Assembly (NCBI RefSeq): GCF_009914755.1
Contig: NC_060947.1
Direction: 5' to 3' (one strand)
From: the human T2T-CHM13v2.0 reference genome, Homo sapiens
DNA length: 64,000 nucleotides
Below, in pieces: positions 1 to 14,444 of this stretch (positions are counted from its first letter, which is position 1; the number at the start of each line of letters is the position of its first letter). The position numbers and the translations under genes were made by a program. The notes below the pieces were generated by a model. It had not been told where the DNA came from. It did no database searches and saw nothing but the letters and a program-made list of their open reading frames with translations.

Positions 1-763
<763 letters not shown>

Positions 764-1605
764 TGAAAAAAAAATATTTCTTTACAGTAAGGCTGAGGGT
801 CAAAACACACTAGGTAAAGACAGTAGGAAATCAGAGTCTTGGGACAATGATGCTAAAGAATCAGGAAATCAGGACACCCTGTTACACTGGGTTGGTGAAA
901 GTTATGACCCTTGTCTTTTGCCAAAGTGATTAACAGAAAAACCAAGTACACACATGGGCTCTGTGTGCTTGTATTTTGGGCTTTTAAGGAAGCGGGAGGG
1001 GAAAGGCTACATCCAATTCAGAGGCCAGTCTTGGCAGGAAGAGGCGCCTGGAAGAGGGAGTGGACATGGGCAGCTCTGCAGGAGAGGAGAGTCCTTATGA
1101 TCTGCAGAAAGAAAAGAGGAGGGAACAGGATGCCCATTTAGGCTGAGAGGCAGCCCTGGGGCTGAGCAGTTAACGGGGCTACCTGCAGCTTCCAGGTAAA
1201 TGCTGATTCAAGAGTTGGTGTTTCCCCTTGTAGTCACAAAAGTAGGGAATAGTGAAAGGAACAACAGGGTCAGTGCCTAATCCATTCATGTAGTGTCCCA
1301 TTTGGAGCACTTTCAAGTGAGGAGTATCACGCAGGGTTCTTACACTTGGCTACGAGCCACCAAGCTATAGATAGGTTCTGCAGTGAAATAAGCAACTAAA
1401 AGATGAATAAAGCACTTCTGGTAACAAATACTTTTATGATCTTATTATTGCAACAAATGTTTGAACAAATGACTTTTATACAGCCTCCTGAATGTAAATA
1501 TTATGTTATTTTAATAGCACACAAAACTGCTATTTTTATTTTAATAAAATATTTAACTTTCAAAGGGGCTGACATAAAAAGCACATTAAGTGTACCCTCA
1601 GCTAA

Positions 1606-1999
1606 GTTGTTGTCTTACACAATTCCAGGTGCTATAATAAAATACCTTACAGTGGAAATAAGAAACAGAAATGTATTTCAATTATTTATAAATAACAGAA
1701 ATTTATTTCTCACATTTCTGGAGGCAGGGAAGTCCAAGATCAAAGGATCAGCAGATTTTGTGTTTGTTGAGGGCTCTTTGCTGGAAAGATGACATCTTGT
1801 CACTGAGTTCCCACATGGTGAAAGAGGGTGAGGGGCTGCCTGGTTCCCTAGAGCCCTTTTATTAGGGTACTTATTCTATTTAGGAGGGCAGTCATCATGG
1901 CTTAATCATTTCCTAAAGGCCACACCTCTTAAAACATTTGCATTGGGGATTAAGTATTCACTTGAATTTTGGAGAGACAGAAATTTTCAGACTATAGTA
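1606..1999 (-). mobile_element. MaLR solo LTR (MLT1A/MSTD-like)
   Basis: aacagaaatttatttctcacatttctggaggcagggaagtccaagatcaa ... ttcagactatagta. Confidence 0.8.
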
Positions 2000-2091
2000 G
2001 AAGTTGATTATTTATTCCAACTTCCTACTTTCTTAGCAGAACCTAGGAGCCCCAGAACTTTGCAGCATGGGAGCCATGGAGTTTATTTACT

Positions 2092-2487
2092 CCAGAGGTG
2101 ATGTATCTGAGATCTGGCCCCCAGATGGGTTTTCTTGGGATTTTCTTTTGCCTGCATGACGATCTTTTAAAACATGAGGCACATCTTTTTTAAAATGGGA
2201 TTTCATATGGAAAGCTAAATTTCTGGCTTTTTCAGAAAAATCAGATGACACGTCAACACTGAGCTTTCAGGTCAAAATTCAGCTGCAGCCACATGATTGT
2301 GATCACTTTAGGTGGCCTTGAGTCTGAGTTACCCCCAGTCCTACCACTTCCTTCCATCCCTCAGAGAGGCAGAACACTAATTGCCATTCATCAATGTGCT
2401 TCTATGTCTACTTGTTCTTATACACGTCATATTGCACTAATTTAGGTTGCCTGTCTGATCTGTATAGGCCTTGGTATTCTAACTGCT
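2092..2487. mobile_element. hAT-Charlie DNA transposon (MER102-like)
   Basis: aaatttctggctttttcagaaaaatcagatga and 3' ttaggttgcctgtctgatctgtataggccttgg resemble MER102. Confidence 0.6.
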
Positions 2488-2822
2488 GTTTTCATCCAGT
2501 TTCTTCCTTTTCCAGATAAGAACATGGCAGCTGAGATGGAGATGAAAAAAAATCACTCACCATTACACAGCTGCTTTCTGGTAGGTGGGATTTGAACTCG
2601 GGTGCCCAACTTCTAGTTTAGCTCCCTTGCAGCATCATTCAGTCTTCCTTTCTTTCTGGGAAATGTTTTCTAAACATTTCATCCTGCTTATTTTCTTCCA
2701 AAATAATCAGGAAGAAATTCAAGTATAACAAACACAGAGTAACTACAGAGGGCCAGGTGCTTCAGGGATGGAGCAGACTGAATCCTGCTGGAAGGAGCCC
2801 CCTAAGGCACTGTGAGATGTTG

Positions 2823-2883
2823 GGGAGGGAACACTAGTCCTCCATGAGGAGCTGGGAGGGAACACTAGTCCTCCATGAGGAGC
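2823..2883. repeat. 31-bp tandem duplication (2 copies)
   Basis: gggagggaacactagtcctccatgaggagc at 2823 and 2854. Confidence 0.95.
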
Positions 2884-3339
2884 CAGGAGGTAGAGGGAGA
2901 TGCTGCTGAGATGGAGGGAAAAAGGCATTTGTTCAGTGGAAAGTAAGCAGGGGCACATGGAATAGAGGGAGGCAGAAAGAGTTATTTTTGATAAATGAAG
3001 TTAATCAACTCATTTGAAAGTACCTCTCTGCATAAAGAAATTTAGGAAGTCAATTTTCCCTGACAGATCTATATGCTCAAAAAAAAAAAAAAAAACCCAA
3101 GCAATTTATACACTGTGATGTTAGTGTATATTCAATTCCTCATGGCTTACTACCAGCAGTTCCAACAAAACTTCTCCTCCTAAATCCTTCTTTAGTTCAG
3201 ATTCCTATCCCCCTGTCTGAAGAGAGAACTGTCCAACCAATGAGAATCAGCTCCATCCTTTAAGTAGCCCTCTGGTCAAATAGGGGCAGCTCACTTCTAA
3301 GTGGTCAGTAGGACCCCAACACCAGCTGCTATTACTAGC

Positions 3340-6300
3340 CAAGTTAAATATCACACAGGACAACAGAGAGTCCGGAAATGGATACACATATATGGACAAT
3401 GGATTTTTGACAAAGGTGCAAAGGCAAATCAATGAAGAAAGGCTAACTTTTTTCAAGAAATTTGGTTGGAATGATTGGATATTCATAAGTGGAAAAAACC
3501 TGTCTTAACCTAAACCTTGTACGTTTTATAAAATTAATTAAAAATTGTACCTGGACTAATATGTATAGCATAAAACTATAAAGGTTTTTAGGAGAAACCA
3601 TAGGAGGAAATGTTTGTAACCTAAGACTTGGTGAAGAGTTCTTAGATATGACACCAAAGTATGACCTGTAAAGAAAGAATGGGTAAACAAAACTGATGTG
3701 GTTTGACTCTGTGTCCCCACCCAAATCTCATGTTGAATTGTAATTCCTAGTGTTAGAGGAGGAGCCTGATAGGAGGTGTTTGGATCATGGGGATGGTTTG
3801 TGATGGTTTAGCACCATGTCCCCAGTATTGTCTTATGATACAGTTCTCATGATATTTGATTGTTTGAAAAGTGTGTAACACCTCCACTTTTCTCTCTCTC
3901 TCTCCTGCTCCACCATGGTAGGATGTGCTTGCTTCCCTTTCACCTTCCACCATGATTGTAAGTTTCCTAAGGTCACCCCAGCCATGCTTTCTGCACAGCC
4001 TTCAGAACAGTGAGTCAATTTAACCTCTTTTCTTTATAAAGTACCCAGTCTCAGCTATGTCTTTATAGCAGTGTGACAACAAACTAATACAGATAATTGG
4101 TACCAGAGAAGTGAGGCATTGCTATAAAAATACTGAAAATGTGAAAGCAGCTTTGGTACTGGGCGATGGACAGAGGCTGAAAGACTTTCGAGGGCTCAGA
4201 AGAAGACAGGAAGATGAGGAAAAGTTTGGAATTTCCTAGAGACTTGTTGAATGATTGTGACTAAAATACTGATAGTGATATGCACAATAAAGGTCAGGCT
4301 GAGGTAGTCTCAGATGGAGATGGGAAACTTATTGGAAACTGGAGTAAAGGTCACTCTTGCTATGCTTTGGCAAAGTGACTGGTGGCATTGCGCCTCTGCT
4401 CTACGGATTTGTGGAACTTTGAATTTGAGAGAGATGATCTGTGGTGTTTACCAAAAAAAAATTTCTAAGCAGCAAAATGTTCAAGAAATGGCCTGGCTGC
4501 CTCTAACAGCTTGTGCTCATATGCACTTCCAAAAAGATGGTCTGAAATTGGAACATATATTTAAAAGGAAAGCAGAGTATAAAAGCTTGAAAAATTTGCA
4601 GCCTGACCATGCAAGAGAAAAGAAAAACTCACTTTTGAGGAGAAATTCAAGCCAACTCCAGAGATTTGCATAAGTAAAGAGGAGCAGAGTGTTAATAGTG
4701 AAGACAATTGGGCAAATGCCTCCAGGGCATTTCAGAGACCTTCACAGCAGCCCCTCCCATTACAGGCCCAGAGGCCTAGGAGGGAAGAATGGTTTCGTGG
4801 GCCAGGCCCAGGGCCCTGTTGCCCTGCCTAACCTCAGGACACTACTCATTGTGTCCTAGCTGCTCCAGCTCCAGCCATGGCTAAAAGGGCCCCACATGTG
4901 TCTCAGGCTGCTGCTCCAGAAAGTAAAAGCTGCAAGCCTTGGTGGCTTCCATATGGTGTTAAGCCTGTATATGTACAGAGGGCAAGAGTTGAGGCTCAGG
5001 AGGCCCTGCCTAGATTTCAAAAGATGTACGGAAATGCCTGGACATTCAGGCAGAAATAAGCTGCAGGGATGGATCCCTCATGCAGAACCTCTACTAGGGC
5101 AATGTGAAGGGGAAATGTGGGGGTGGAGCCCCACTGAGTCACTGCCTAGTGGAGCTGTGAGAAAAGGGCCAATGTCCTCCAGCCTCCAGAATATTAGATC
5201 CACTGATAGCATGCACTGTGAACCTGGAAAAGCCACAGGCACACAATGCCAGCCTGTGAAAGCAGTCATGGGGGCTGTACCCTGCAAAGTCACAGGGGTG
5301 AAGCTGCCCAAAGCCTTGGGAGCCCACCTTTTGCATCAGTGTTCCCTAGATGTGAGACATGAAGTCAAAGGAGATTATTTCCAAGGTTTAAGATTTAATG
5401 ACTGCCCTGCTGGGTTTTGGATTTGCATGGGGCCTGTAGCAGCTTTGCTTGACAAATTTATTCCTTTTGGAATGGGAGCATTTACCCAATGCCTTTACCT
5501 CTATTGTATCTTTAATGTAACTAACTTGTTTTTTATTTCACAGGCTCATAGGTGGAAGGGATTTCCCTTCTCTCAGATGAGACTTTGAACTTGGACTTTA
5601 GAGTTAATGCTGTAATGAGTTAAGACTTTGGGGGACTATTGATATGGGATGATTGTATTTTACAATGTGAGAAAGACATGAGATTTGGGAGGGTCCAGGG
5701 AGAAAATGAAATGGTTTGATTCTGCATCCCCATCCAAATCTCATGTCAAATTGTAATTTCTAGTGTTGGAGGAGGGGCCTGGTTGGAGGTGAGTGGATCA
5801 TGGGGGTTGTATCTAATGGTTTAGCATCATTCCCCTAGTGCTGTCTCATAGTAGAGTTCTCACAAGATCTGGTTGTTTGAAAAGTGTGTAGCACTTCCCG
5901 TTTGCTCTCTCTCTCTCTTTCTCTCTCCTGCTCCACCATGGTAAGAAGTGCTTGCTTCCCCTTCACCTTCCACCATGATTATAAGTTTCCTAAGGCCTCT
6001 CCAGCCATGCTTCCTGTATAGACTGCAAAACAGTGAGTCAATTCAGCCTCTTTTCTTCATAAATTACCCAGTCTCAGGTATGTCTCTATAGCAGAGTGAG
6101 AACAAACTAATACAATAACTTTATCAAAAAGAAGAAAAAAGAAATGTTTTCTCTGAGAAATCTACCATTTAAAAGCTGAATGACAAGCAATGAGCTGAAA
6201 GAAAATATTTGCCAATCTGACAGAAAAATTTTATGTGACATATACATATAAAGACTTTTTAGAAATCAATTAAAACATTCAAATAGCAAATATGTGAACA

Positions 6301-7115
6301 GACACGAACAAAGAAGATATGTGGATGGCAAATGAACATATAAAAGTAAGTCATTAAGAAAATGCAAATGAAATCCTCGAAGTGATACCCCAACACTTCT
6401 GTTATGATGAACAAAGAACAAAAATAACAACAACCAGAGAACACCAGGTGCTGGCAAGGAGGCAGAACAGCTGGGTTCCTCATGCATTGCTCATGGGGAT
6501 GCAAAATGGTACACCCTCTTGATAACAGTTTTGCAGTTTCTAGAAGTTAAGTTATATTCACTCTATAGACCAGCAATCCTATCCCTATTATATTTACCCT
6601 AGGAATTTACCTAAGTGAATTATATTCACAAAATAACTGTTCATGAGTGTTTAGTAGCATCTTTATTCAAAATCACCATAAACTGTAAACAACATAAATG
6701 CCCTCAATTGGAGAATTGATAACCACAATGTGATACATCTATATAATGGAATAATACTCAGCATTAAATATTTTAAAAAATACTAATACAAGCAACTTGA
6801 ATGATTATCAGAGAAAGATGATGAGTGAAAAAAGACAGTCTCAAAAAAAACCATCTACTGTAGGATTCCATTTATATAACATTTTAAAAGCAAAAACTAT
6901 AGGAAGGAGAACACATCTGTGGCTGCCACGGGTTCTGCGTGTGCGGAGAGTTTAACAGTAAAGAGTTTCTCAAGACTCTTTACCCCCTTACAATGTGAGG
7001 GGGTGATGGAACTGTTGTGTATCCAGATTGTGTTGTAGTTACATAAATCTAAACATGTGTTATAATTCATAAAACTGTCCATGCACAAATGTTAATTGTA
7101 CAGTATGTTAATTGT
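3340..7115 (+). mobile_element. Old L1 (L1MC/L1ME-like) ORF2 3' part and 3'UTR, split by MSTA element
   Basis: gatttttgacaaaggtgcaaaggca before 3693; resumes at ~6120 (tttatcaaaaa ... ggatgcaaaatggtaca ... attccatttatataacatttt). Confidence 0.8.
3694..6114 (+). mobile_element. Complete MSTA MaLR element (LTR 3694-4091, internal 4092-5706, LTR 5707-6114)
   Basis: Two TG..CA LTRs flanking MaLR internal sequence; 5-bp TSD aaaac/ataac. Confidence 0.92.
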
Positions 7116-7204
7116 AGATAATCACACAGGTAAGACTCAAGTTGAGGATATCTCGGTATGTGAAAGAATGTGATGCTTCTTAAGGAAAGTCTACACAATA
7201 TCTC

Positions 7205-7322
7205 ACAGTCGAAGCTCCATGAGGGAAGGGACCATACCTTAAAGCCATGTACCACTAGTGATGACTGTCATCCCTGGAGCAAAGTTGGTGCTTACTACAC
7301 ATTTGTAGACTGAATGAATAAG
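7205..7322 (+). mobile_element. L2 3' tail fragment
   Basis: aagctccatgagggaagggac ... tgaatgaata. Confidence 0.55.
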
Positions 7323-7539
7323 TACTGAAGTCTGCTGTGGCCACTTTTATTCCTTCCCTGCCTATTCTGAAGCTTTTTAGGTAATATTATTTAACCTACC
7401 TCAAATATAGTGGCCAGAAACCAAATTGGAACAGATATAAATCACTTTAACCTCTCAGGAAACAAAGTTTGCTATACGTTTTCCCAATTCTAACAACAAT
7501 ATAAGTCCCTCTTAAAAGAAGGAATAGGTGAATAGATCA

Positions 7540-7930
7540 GTGTTTGGTAGATTGAGGCTAAGGAATCTATTAGACAATCCGAGCAGGGGTGTTGAAGTGG
7601 CAGCTGAATCTCTAGAAGAGAGATCTGATCTGTAGATTCAGATGTGTGGGTTTGGTGGCAGTAGAGATCTGCCAATAAATTACAAGATAAAATCTGAAGA
7701 GTAAAAATGACAAGTGGATTCAGGGCAAATGACTAGGAAACTTAAACTTTTAAAATGTTAGCAGAGAAAGTAGATTCTGTAGCAGAGTTTGAAATAGAAT
7801 TGACCTCAGAGAGAAACAGAAAACCAAGAGACAATGATGTCACATAAACAAGAACGAAGTCGTATCAAGAACAGGGTAGTCACAGTGTCAATGACTGCAA
7901 AAATGTCTGTAGACAGAGAGAATGAGGACA
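7540..7930 (-). mobile_element. L2 fragment
   Basis: tctattagacaatccgagcaggggtgttgaagtggcagctg resembles antisense L2. Confidence 0.55.
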
Positions 7931-7948
7931 AAAGAAGATGTGATGTTC

Positions 7949-8116
7949 CCGGGGCCTGTCGGGGGGTGGGAGGCTAGCGGAGGGATAACATTAGGAGAAA
8001 TACCTAATGTAGATGACAGGTTGATGGGTACAGCAAACCACCGTGGCACATGTGTACCTATGTAACATAACTGCACGTTCTGCACATGTACCCCAGAACT
8101 TAAAGTATAATAAAAA
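7949..8116 (+). mobile_element. Severely 5'-truncated L1 (L1PA7-like, ~170 bp)
   Basis: L1 3'UTR plus A-tail; 18-bp TSD aaagaagatgtgatgttc (7931-7948) / aaagaaggcgtgatgttc (8117-8134). Confidence 0.92.
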
Positions 8117-9224
8117 AAAGAAGGCGTGATGTTCACTGATTATCGGAAAAAGTTCCAACTATTAATTTTCTATTGTGTGCCTATTTTATTCAGGAAAGGT
8201 AATGTTCTTCAAATTAGAAAGAATAGAACAGACAGTTTAAGAGGGCAATTCCCGACCCAGATCAACAAAAAGATAGCAGGAGATTATCTGACTATTTACC
8301 AAAAATGCAAGCTCTTGGATCCAGCCTAATGAAATTCCCAGTGTGAAAAGATCTTACAGGTATAATTTCAGTCACTGTCAGTAATTTTTGACGTGGCTTG
8401 TAAAACTGGAGAGAGATGCTCACAGAATGGGGAGAGACGAAGGTTGCTTAGAATTTCAAGAAAAAGAAACAATTGAGGATGTATACAATAACACTGTTTG
8501 TCTGGCCCTGAATCCTGACAAGGTGTTTGGTAGCAGGAGAAGTCAGAGATCACTCCAGGTTTTAGGACCAGGTCACTTATTGATGATGAGAATATTTTTT
8601 AAAATACAGAATCTAGACAACAATTTGGAAGGAAAGGTGAAGGGTGTCATTTTGGCATCTCAGGCCTGAGCTGAAGCTGGGCTATGCAAATGTAAATGCT
8701 GGAGGCAAGAACTGCCACTCAGCTGGAGTTTCATACGGCGGGGGTCCTGGGAGGGATGCTGTTTTATATAATGGCATTTTTTAAATTTTTCAAAAGTAGT
8801 AAAAGGAGAATATCACTGGGCCAGGAACCGAACTTTACACAGTGCTTAGCATGAGTAATGGGAGAGAAAATGATGCTCAGGAGAGGCGATGGAGAACCAG
8901 GAACATGAAGTGTCAGGCCAAAGGTCAGAGCAGGAAGGAGTCCCGTGAGCATACCATCCTCTCTTACCCACCTCTGACTTTGCTCAAGTTATCTCCTCTG
9001 CCTGGGATACCCTTCTCCCACACTGCATCCCAACCACCAGGTTAGCGTCCGTTCCTCCATGCATCTGCACCTCAGGTGTCATTATTTCCAGACAATCTTC
9101 CCTGGACCTCCTCCCTACTACTTCCTCACAAATTAATAATAATCGCCACGCCCATGTTATTCATCTATTGTGTTTGTACAAGTGCACACAAGACTATAAA
9201 TTGGCTTTGAGATAAGGATGTATA

Positions 9225-9782
9225 TCAGGTCTCTCTCCATGGCTTGGAAATGTCTGTCTTCTCACCGTGTGTCTTCACATCATCTTCCTTCTATGCATTC
9301 CTCTCTACCCAAATTTCCTTTTTTTATAAAGACATCCATCACAATGGATCTCACTTAACATGATTAACATGATTGACTGTGTAAAGCAGGGGCCCCCAAC
9401 CTCCAGGCCATGGACCAGACCGGTTCGTGGCCTGTTGGAAACTAGGCCGCACAGCAGGAGGTGAGTGTTTGGCGAGTGAGCTTACCAGTGGCGTTAGATT
9501 GTCACAGGAGCACAAACTGTACTGTGAACTGCACATGTGAGGAATCTAGACTGTGCTGTCTTTATGAGACTCCAGCTAATGCCTGATGATCTGAAGTCAA
9601 ACAGTTTCATCCTGAAACCATCCCCCCACCCATCGGTGGAAATACTGTCTGCATGAAACCAGGCCCTGGTGTCAAAAAGGTTGGGAACCGCTGCTGTATG
9701 CCTAAATAAAGACATATTTTGAGGTACCGGCAGTTAAAACTTCAACATAAGAATTTTAGTAGACACAATTCAACCCATAACA
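9225..9782 (-). mobile_element. MLT1 (MLT1B/C-like) LTR, interrupted by MER1B
   Basis: gtcttcacatcatcttccttct ... resumes after 9693 and ends caattcaacccataaca. Confidence 0.75.
9387..9693. mobile_element. MER1B DNA transposon
   Basis: TIRs caggggcccccaacc / ggttgggaaccgctg; internal ctaatgcctgatgatctga. Confidence 0.88.
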
Positions 9783-9792
9783 CTGTCTAAAC

Positions 9793-9993
9793 CAGGGCTG
9801 CCCAATCTTTTGGCTTCCCTGAACCACATTGAAAGAAGAATTGTCTTGGGCCACACACAAAATACACTAACACTAATGACAGCTGATGAGCTTTAAAAAA
9901 ATAATCGAAGGAAAATCTCATAATGTTTTAAGAAAGTTTACGAGTTTGTGTTGGGCCACATGTGGCCCATGGGCTACGGGTTGGACAAGCTTT
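9793..9993. mobile_element. MER30 DNA transposon
   Basis: ccaatcttttggcttccctg ... ggttggacaagctt; perfect 8-bp TSD gtctaaac (9785-9792, 9994-10001). Confidence 0.92.
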
Positions 9994-10354
9994 GTCTAAA
10001 CCTATCTTTGTTGCCTATAAACATGGCAACAACAACACATGAGTGATGATGGTCTACACCCAGGCCTGAAATCCTCTGCATTTTATGTGAAATAAAGATA
10101 GAGAACACTGGCATAGCCTCATCCATACACAATGTGCAAACACAAAACTAAAGGAGTCTTGGCACTGCAGCCTCTTCTATAAATGCACGCATGCAATAGA
10201 CTCATTCCTGACTTCATCCATTACTCAATTCACAGAGCTAGTCGTTTACCAGTAGTGGAGAACCAGAAGAAATTCAGGGTAAGTGAAGACCTCAACTACT
10301 GCCTAATAGATCAGCTCACAGGAAGCCACAGCCAGGCATAGAAAGAGTAGAGTC

Positions 10355-10530
10355 AGGCTGACCTTGTGCAAGTCACTTCATGTCTTTAGCCCCAGTTTCT
10401 CCTCAGTAAAACGGAGATAAGAATAACCATACTGCCACGCTGAGCTGTTCTGAGGATTGAATAAGATGTGAAACAAAACTTTGCATCATGGTGCCTGAAA
10501 TATAGTAAGCAGTCAATAAATGTTAAAAGT
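10355..10530 (+). mobile_element. MIR
   Basis: gaccttgtgcaagtcacttca ... ccccagtttctcctcagtaaaacggagataa core. Confidence 0.75.
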
Positions 10531-10729
10531 ATGTAATCCATGGCCAGGTACGAGGTAAGCTTTCATCCTACAAGGTTCACTAAATTTACAAATGATAACC
10601 AGATGGTCACCATTTACTTCATTTAGCATTCTCTGAAGACCAAAATGTTAGTCCACTTCCATTACCGATTTCTAATGTGTTAAGATAGTTTCCCGCTGAT
10701 GATTCCAAGTGTCACAGAGGGCTTTCTTA

Positions 10730-11060
<331 letters not shown>

Positions 11061-11689
11061 TTACTTTGAGTTTGGTAATACAATAGAGCTTATTCTAAGC
11101 ATATATAAATGGTACAGACAAAGGTAATTGCTGAACAAGGGCCTTGTGAAAATGCTCAGCAAACTTCCACTCCATTGCAGTAGCCTCGCTTCCTCCAACT
11201 CTTCTCCTGAGCCCGAGTTTTTTTGCTTCACGGTTTTCAGAGATTAAAAAACCCAACAACATACTTTGAATATGTACTACAAAAAAAAAATATTTTAAAA
11301 GGCAGGTACAGCCAGCCTAAGGTTTTGAATTGGTATCAATCATTTCTTCAGATTAATGGAGGTGTCAAAGTGTGAAATGTGTGTGTGTGAGGGGGGGCAA
11401 CATCCATTGAAAGAATCCTTGATTTCATGGAGTATAAGAAATAAGAAATTCTTTTTTTAAGGTCAGAAAATCTGGTAAGATAAACTGTGGAGTGCTTTAT
11501 TAAACTATGGAGTTATATTGATTAGAGGTAGTACACTATCAAAACATTTACTTTGAGCCTTCCAGTTCTAGAAATGTCTTTGCAAAAACAAACTTCCCTG
11601 TCGTCTGCTGCCACAACTCAGGAATACCCAGCAAATGGTGTATAAACTGAATAAAACTGAATTTGGTGAATCTCTTTACCAAAACTGAA

Positions 11690-12245
11690 ACCTCAGCATC
11701 TTCAATCTCTTCCTCTCTCTAAAAAAAGGTAATGAAAGTCAGCCAATTCTGCCATTAAACTATCTTTGGAATCTTGCCAATCATTTTTGTTTTCATTGCT
11801 GCAACCAATGTTTCAGGCTCTTACAACTCACATTTGTCCTTGCAATCATTTGGTACTACAGATAAAATGAAATCTGAACTTTCTGGCATGGCATTCCAAG
11901 GCTCTCTACATTTGGAGATGCAAGCTGTCTATCACCACCCCCCTATGCCCCATCCAAACTGTGGACCACCCACAAGGGCCATACACTGCTCTTGCTTTGA
12001 AAACCTCAGACACATTAATAATACTCCATTACTTTTGCTCATACTGCTGTTCAACCTTTATCATCAGCCTTTTCACCCCCCGCCCCCACCTACATGTTAC
12101 CCCTTGCCAATCAAAGCCTACTCATCCATCAGGGGCCCCATTTAAACGTTCCCACTAAGCCCTTCCTGACTCCTGGAAAAGAATTAATCAATTCCTCTGC
12201 TAAACTCTCATAGCCCTTTAATTGTATATTATTTTTCTCATGACA
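11690..12245 (+). mobile_element. L2 fragment
   Basis: cagataaaatgaaatctgaacttttctggcatggcattccaaggctctc resembles L2 sense. Confidence 0.6.
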
Positions 12246-12450
12246 CTAGGAGTTACTGTCCTTTAGGGGAAAAGGGGGAGTCAGATAGATTTCATTTAAA
12301 ACCCCAACTCTAATACCTTTTAGGAGTCTGACCTTAGGCATGTCATCTTACCTTGCTATTCCTTAATGTTATCCTCCTAATAGAGACTGCTACATGCAGT
12401 GAAATATTATTTTCTTCGTTTTCATTCTGGACATACTGTGTGTGCTAGAG

Positions 12451-12454
<4 letters not shown>

Positions 12455-12506
<52 letters not shown>
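12455..12506. repeat. (CT)n microsatellite
   Basis: Direct inspection. Confidence 0.95.
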
Positions 12507-14217
12507 TTCCCCCGTCTCCCTCCCTCCCTCCCCACAACCCGCTCCTAGCACAACAGAGTTACTTAATAAATATTTGTTGAATTAATGGCAAATTAGTATA
12601 TTCTCAGTGGTTGCTTCTCATGTGTAATGATTAATCCAAATGTTCATATTCTGATTCCAGAATGAAGCTCAGCTAGAGAAATGAAAGAAATGTAATCACC
12701 CCTCACTTCCAGTCCAGCAGTCACCAACTTTATCATTGTTATCACTGCTATCATTTCTCTCTTCTTACTGCACTCCTCTTCCTACTGAACCTTTATTCCA
12801 AAGAGACAAAATAACCTAATTACACTTATAATTATTCTACCTTATAATTAATCAAAACCAGCTGGGAAAGCAAGTGGAACGTTTCCATTTTTCCAGTCAA
12901 ATTTCTTTCCTAAAAGTGTCTGTGGGAAAACTTCAGAAGATAATCTACCACAATGAGGGGGCAGATCTCCGACTCCAGAGATTGGAGATGCCTGACTTAG
13001 GGGCTGACCGTATGAATCATGCAAGGACAAGACCTGTACTCAGGAGGTATGCAAGATAATCAGGAAGAGTAAATAGATACACTAGATGAAAAGCCCACAG
13101 ACAATTCAATACCAATGTTTATCATCCAATATATTCGAGTGTTAAACAATTAGTAAGTGCTGCCAATAGCATCTCTACTTTGGCAAAATAATAGGCTATT
13201 TCTTAGTTAATGGAAATACCTCATGAAACAAAAAACAGAACACATACTGAGTTGTTGAAAAGCTCATACCCTTTGTCTAAATAATATATATCTTCAGGAT
13301 TTATTCTGACAAAATTACTTAAAAATAAAAAATCAATACACACATAAATATTTCCTGAAGTTTTTAGAATAATAACAAACATATGAAAACAACTGAAAAT
13401 TCCAACAATAAGGAAATGATTATTTTTAAAGAGTAAGCTATATTACCTCTCTGTGTTTCATTTTACTTATCTTTAAAATGGAAACAATATTGACTAATTA
13501 TGTTAGGGCATTAAATTAAGTAATCCAGGTAAAATATGTGCATCCTAAATTGGGTTCCAGGAGATTTCCTTATTAATAAATCCATTCTTCTCTTTTGAGC
13601 TCTTCTGAAGTGTTTCTGTTTTTGTTCCTTGCAATCAAGTGATTCCAGATTCAGATGGGTAGAAGGAATTCCAGACTCAGAGGAAGAGACAGAGAGAAAT
13701 ATTTTCCTCTCACTCTACCTTTAAGTATATAAAAAATGCAACAAATGTTTTAGTATAAATGACATACATTACCAGGTATTTTATAAAACCTATAAAAAAT
13801 CTAATTCTAATACTGTATTTTTCCATATACATGCATGCTGACAATGGGTCACCCACTTTAAGCACCATATGTGGAAGATCTCATTAAATGTTTCTTATTT
13901 TTTCCACTTCACAGATTGGAAAATTGAGGCATAGAGAAGTTACATATAGCTAGTTAAGGAGACCACATCTGTATACAGAAGGGTTTAGACCTTTACTCCC
14001 CTGTGCAAAAATGTGTTTGGGGTAGAGGAGTAGAGAAGAAACACAAAAGTGAGTAAGCTGTGTGGGTAGAAGCTGGCTAAAGGACTTTCTTATTTTGAAG
14101 CTAAATTTGTCTGAAAATCTACTGTTTTTACTCAGTGATTTTTGTTTGTTTGTTTGTTTGTGTTTTAATTTTGGGTTGCCTGTGTGAGTGTACGCATGTA
14201 TATTCCTTTACATTTTT

Positions 14218-14444
14218 GTTTTGTTTTGTTTTGTTTTTTGTTTTTTTTTTCCTCTTTCTTTTTATTATTATTATTATTATTATACTTTAAGCTTTAGGGT
14301 ACATGTGCACAATGTGCAGGTTAGTTACATATGTTTTTGTTGTTTTTTTTCCTCTTTTATTATTATTATTATTATTATACTTTAAGTTTTAGGGTACATG
14401 TGCACAATGTGCAGGTTAGTTACATATGTAAACGTCACTGGCCA
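14218..14444 (-). mobile_element. Tandem pair of L1PA2/3-like 3' tips in one TSD
   Basis: Two copies of tatactttaag..tagggtacatgtgcacaatgtgcaggttagttacatatgt, each with a T-rich tail; TSD tcctttacattttt at 14204-14217 and 14445-14458. Confidence 0.9.

Noticed and set aside
2823-2883. CRISPR-like repeat
   Set aside because: Only two abutting copies with no spacers, in eukaryotic DNA with no cas genes.
4896-5588. 230-aa ORF, and the ORFs at 58386-59609
   Set aside because: They lie within MaLR internal regions; overlapping broken frames are typical decayed sequence.
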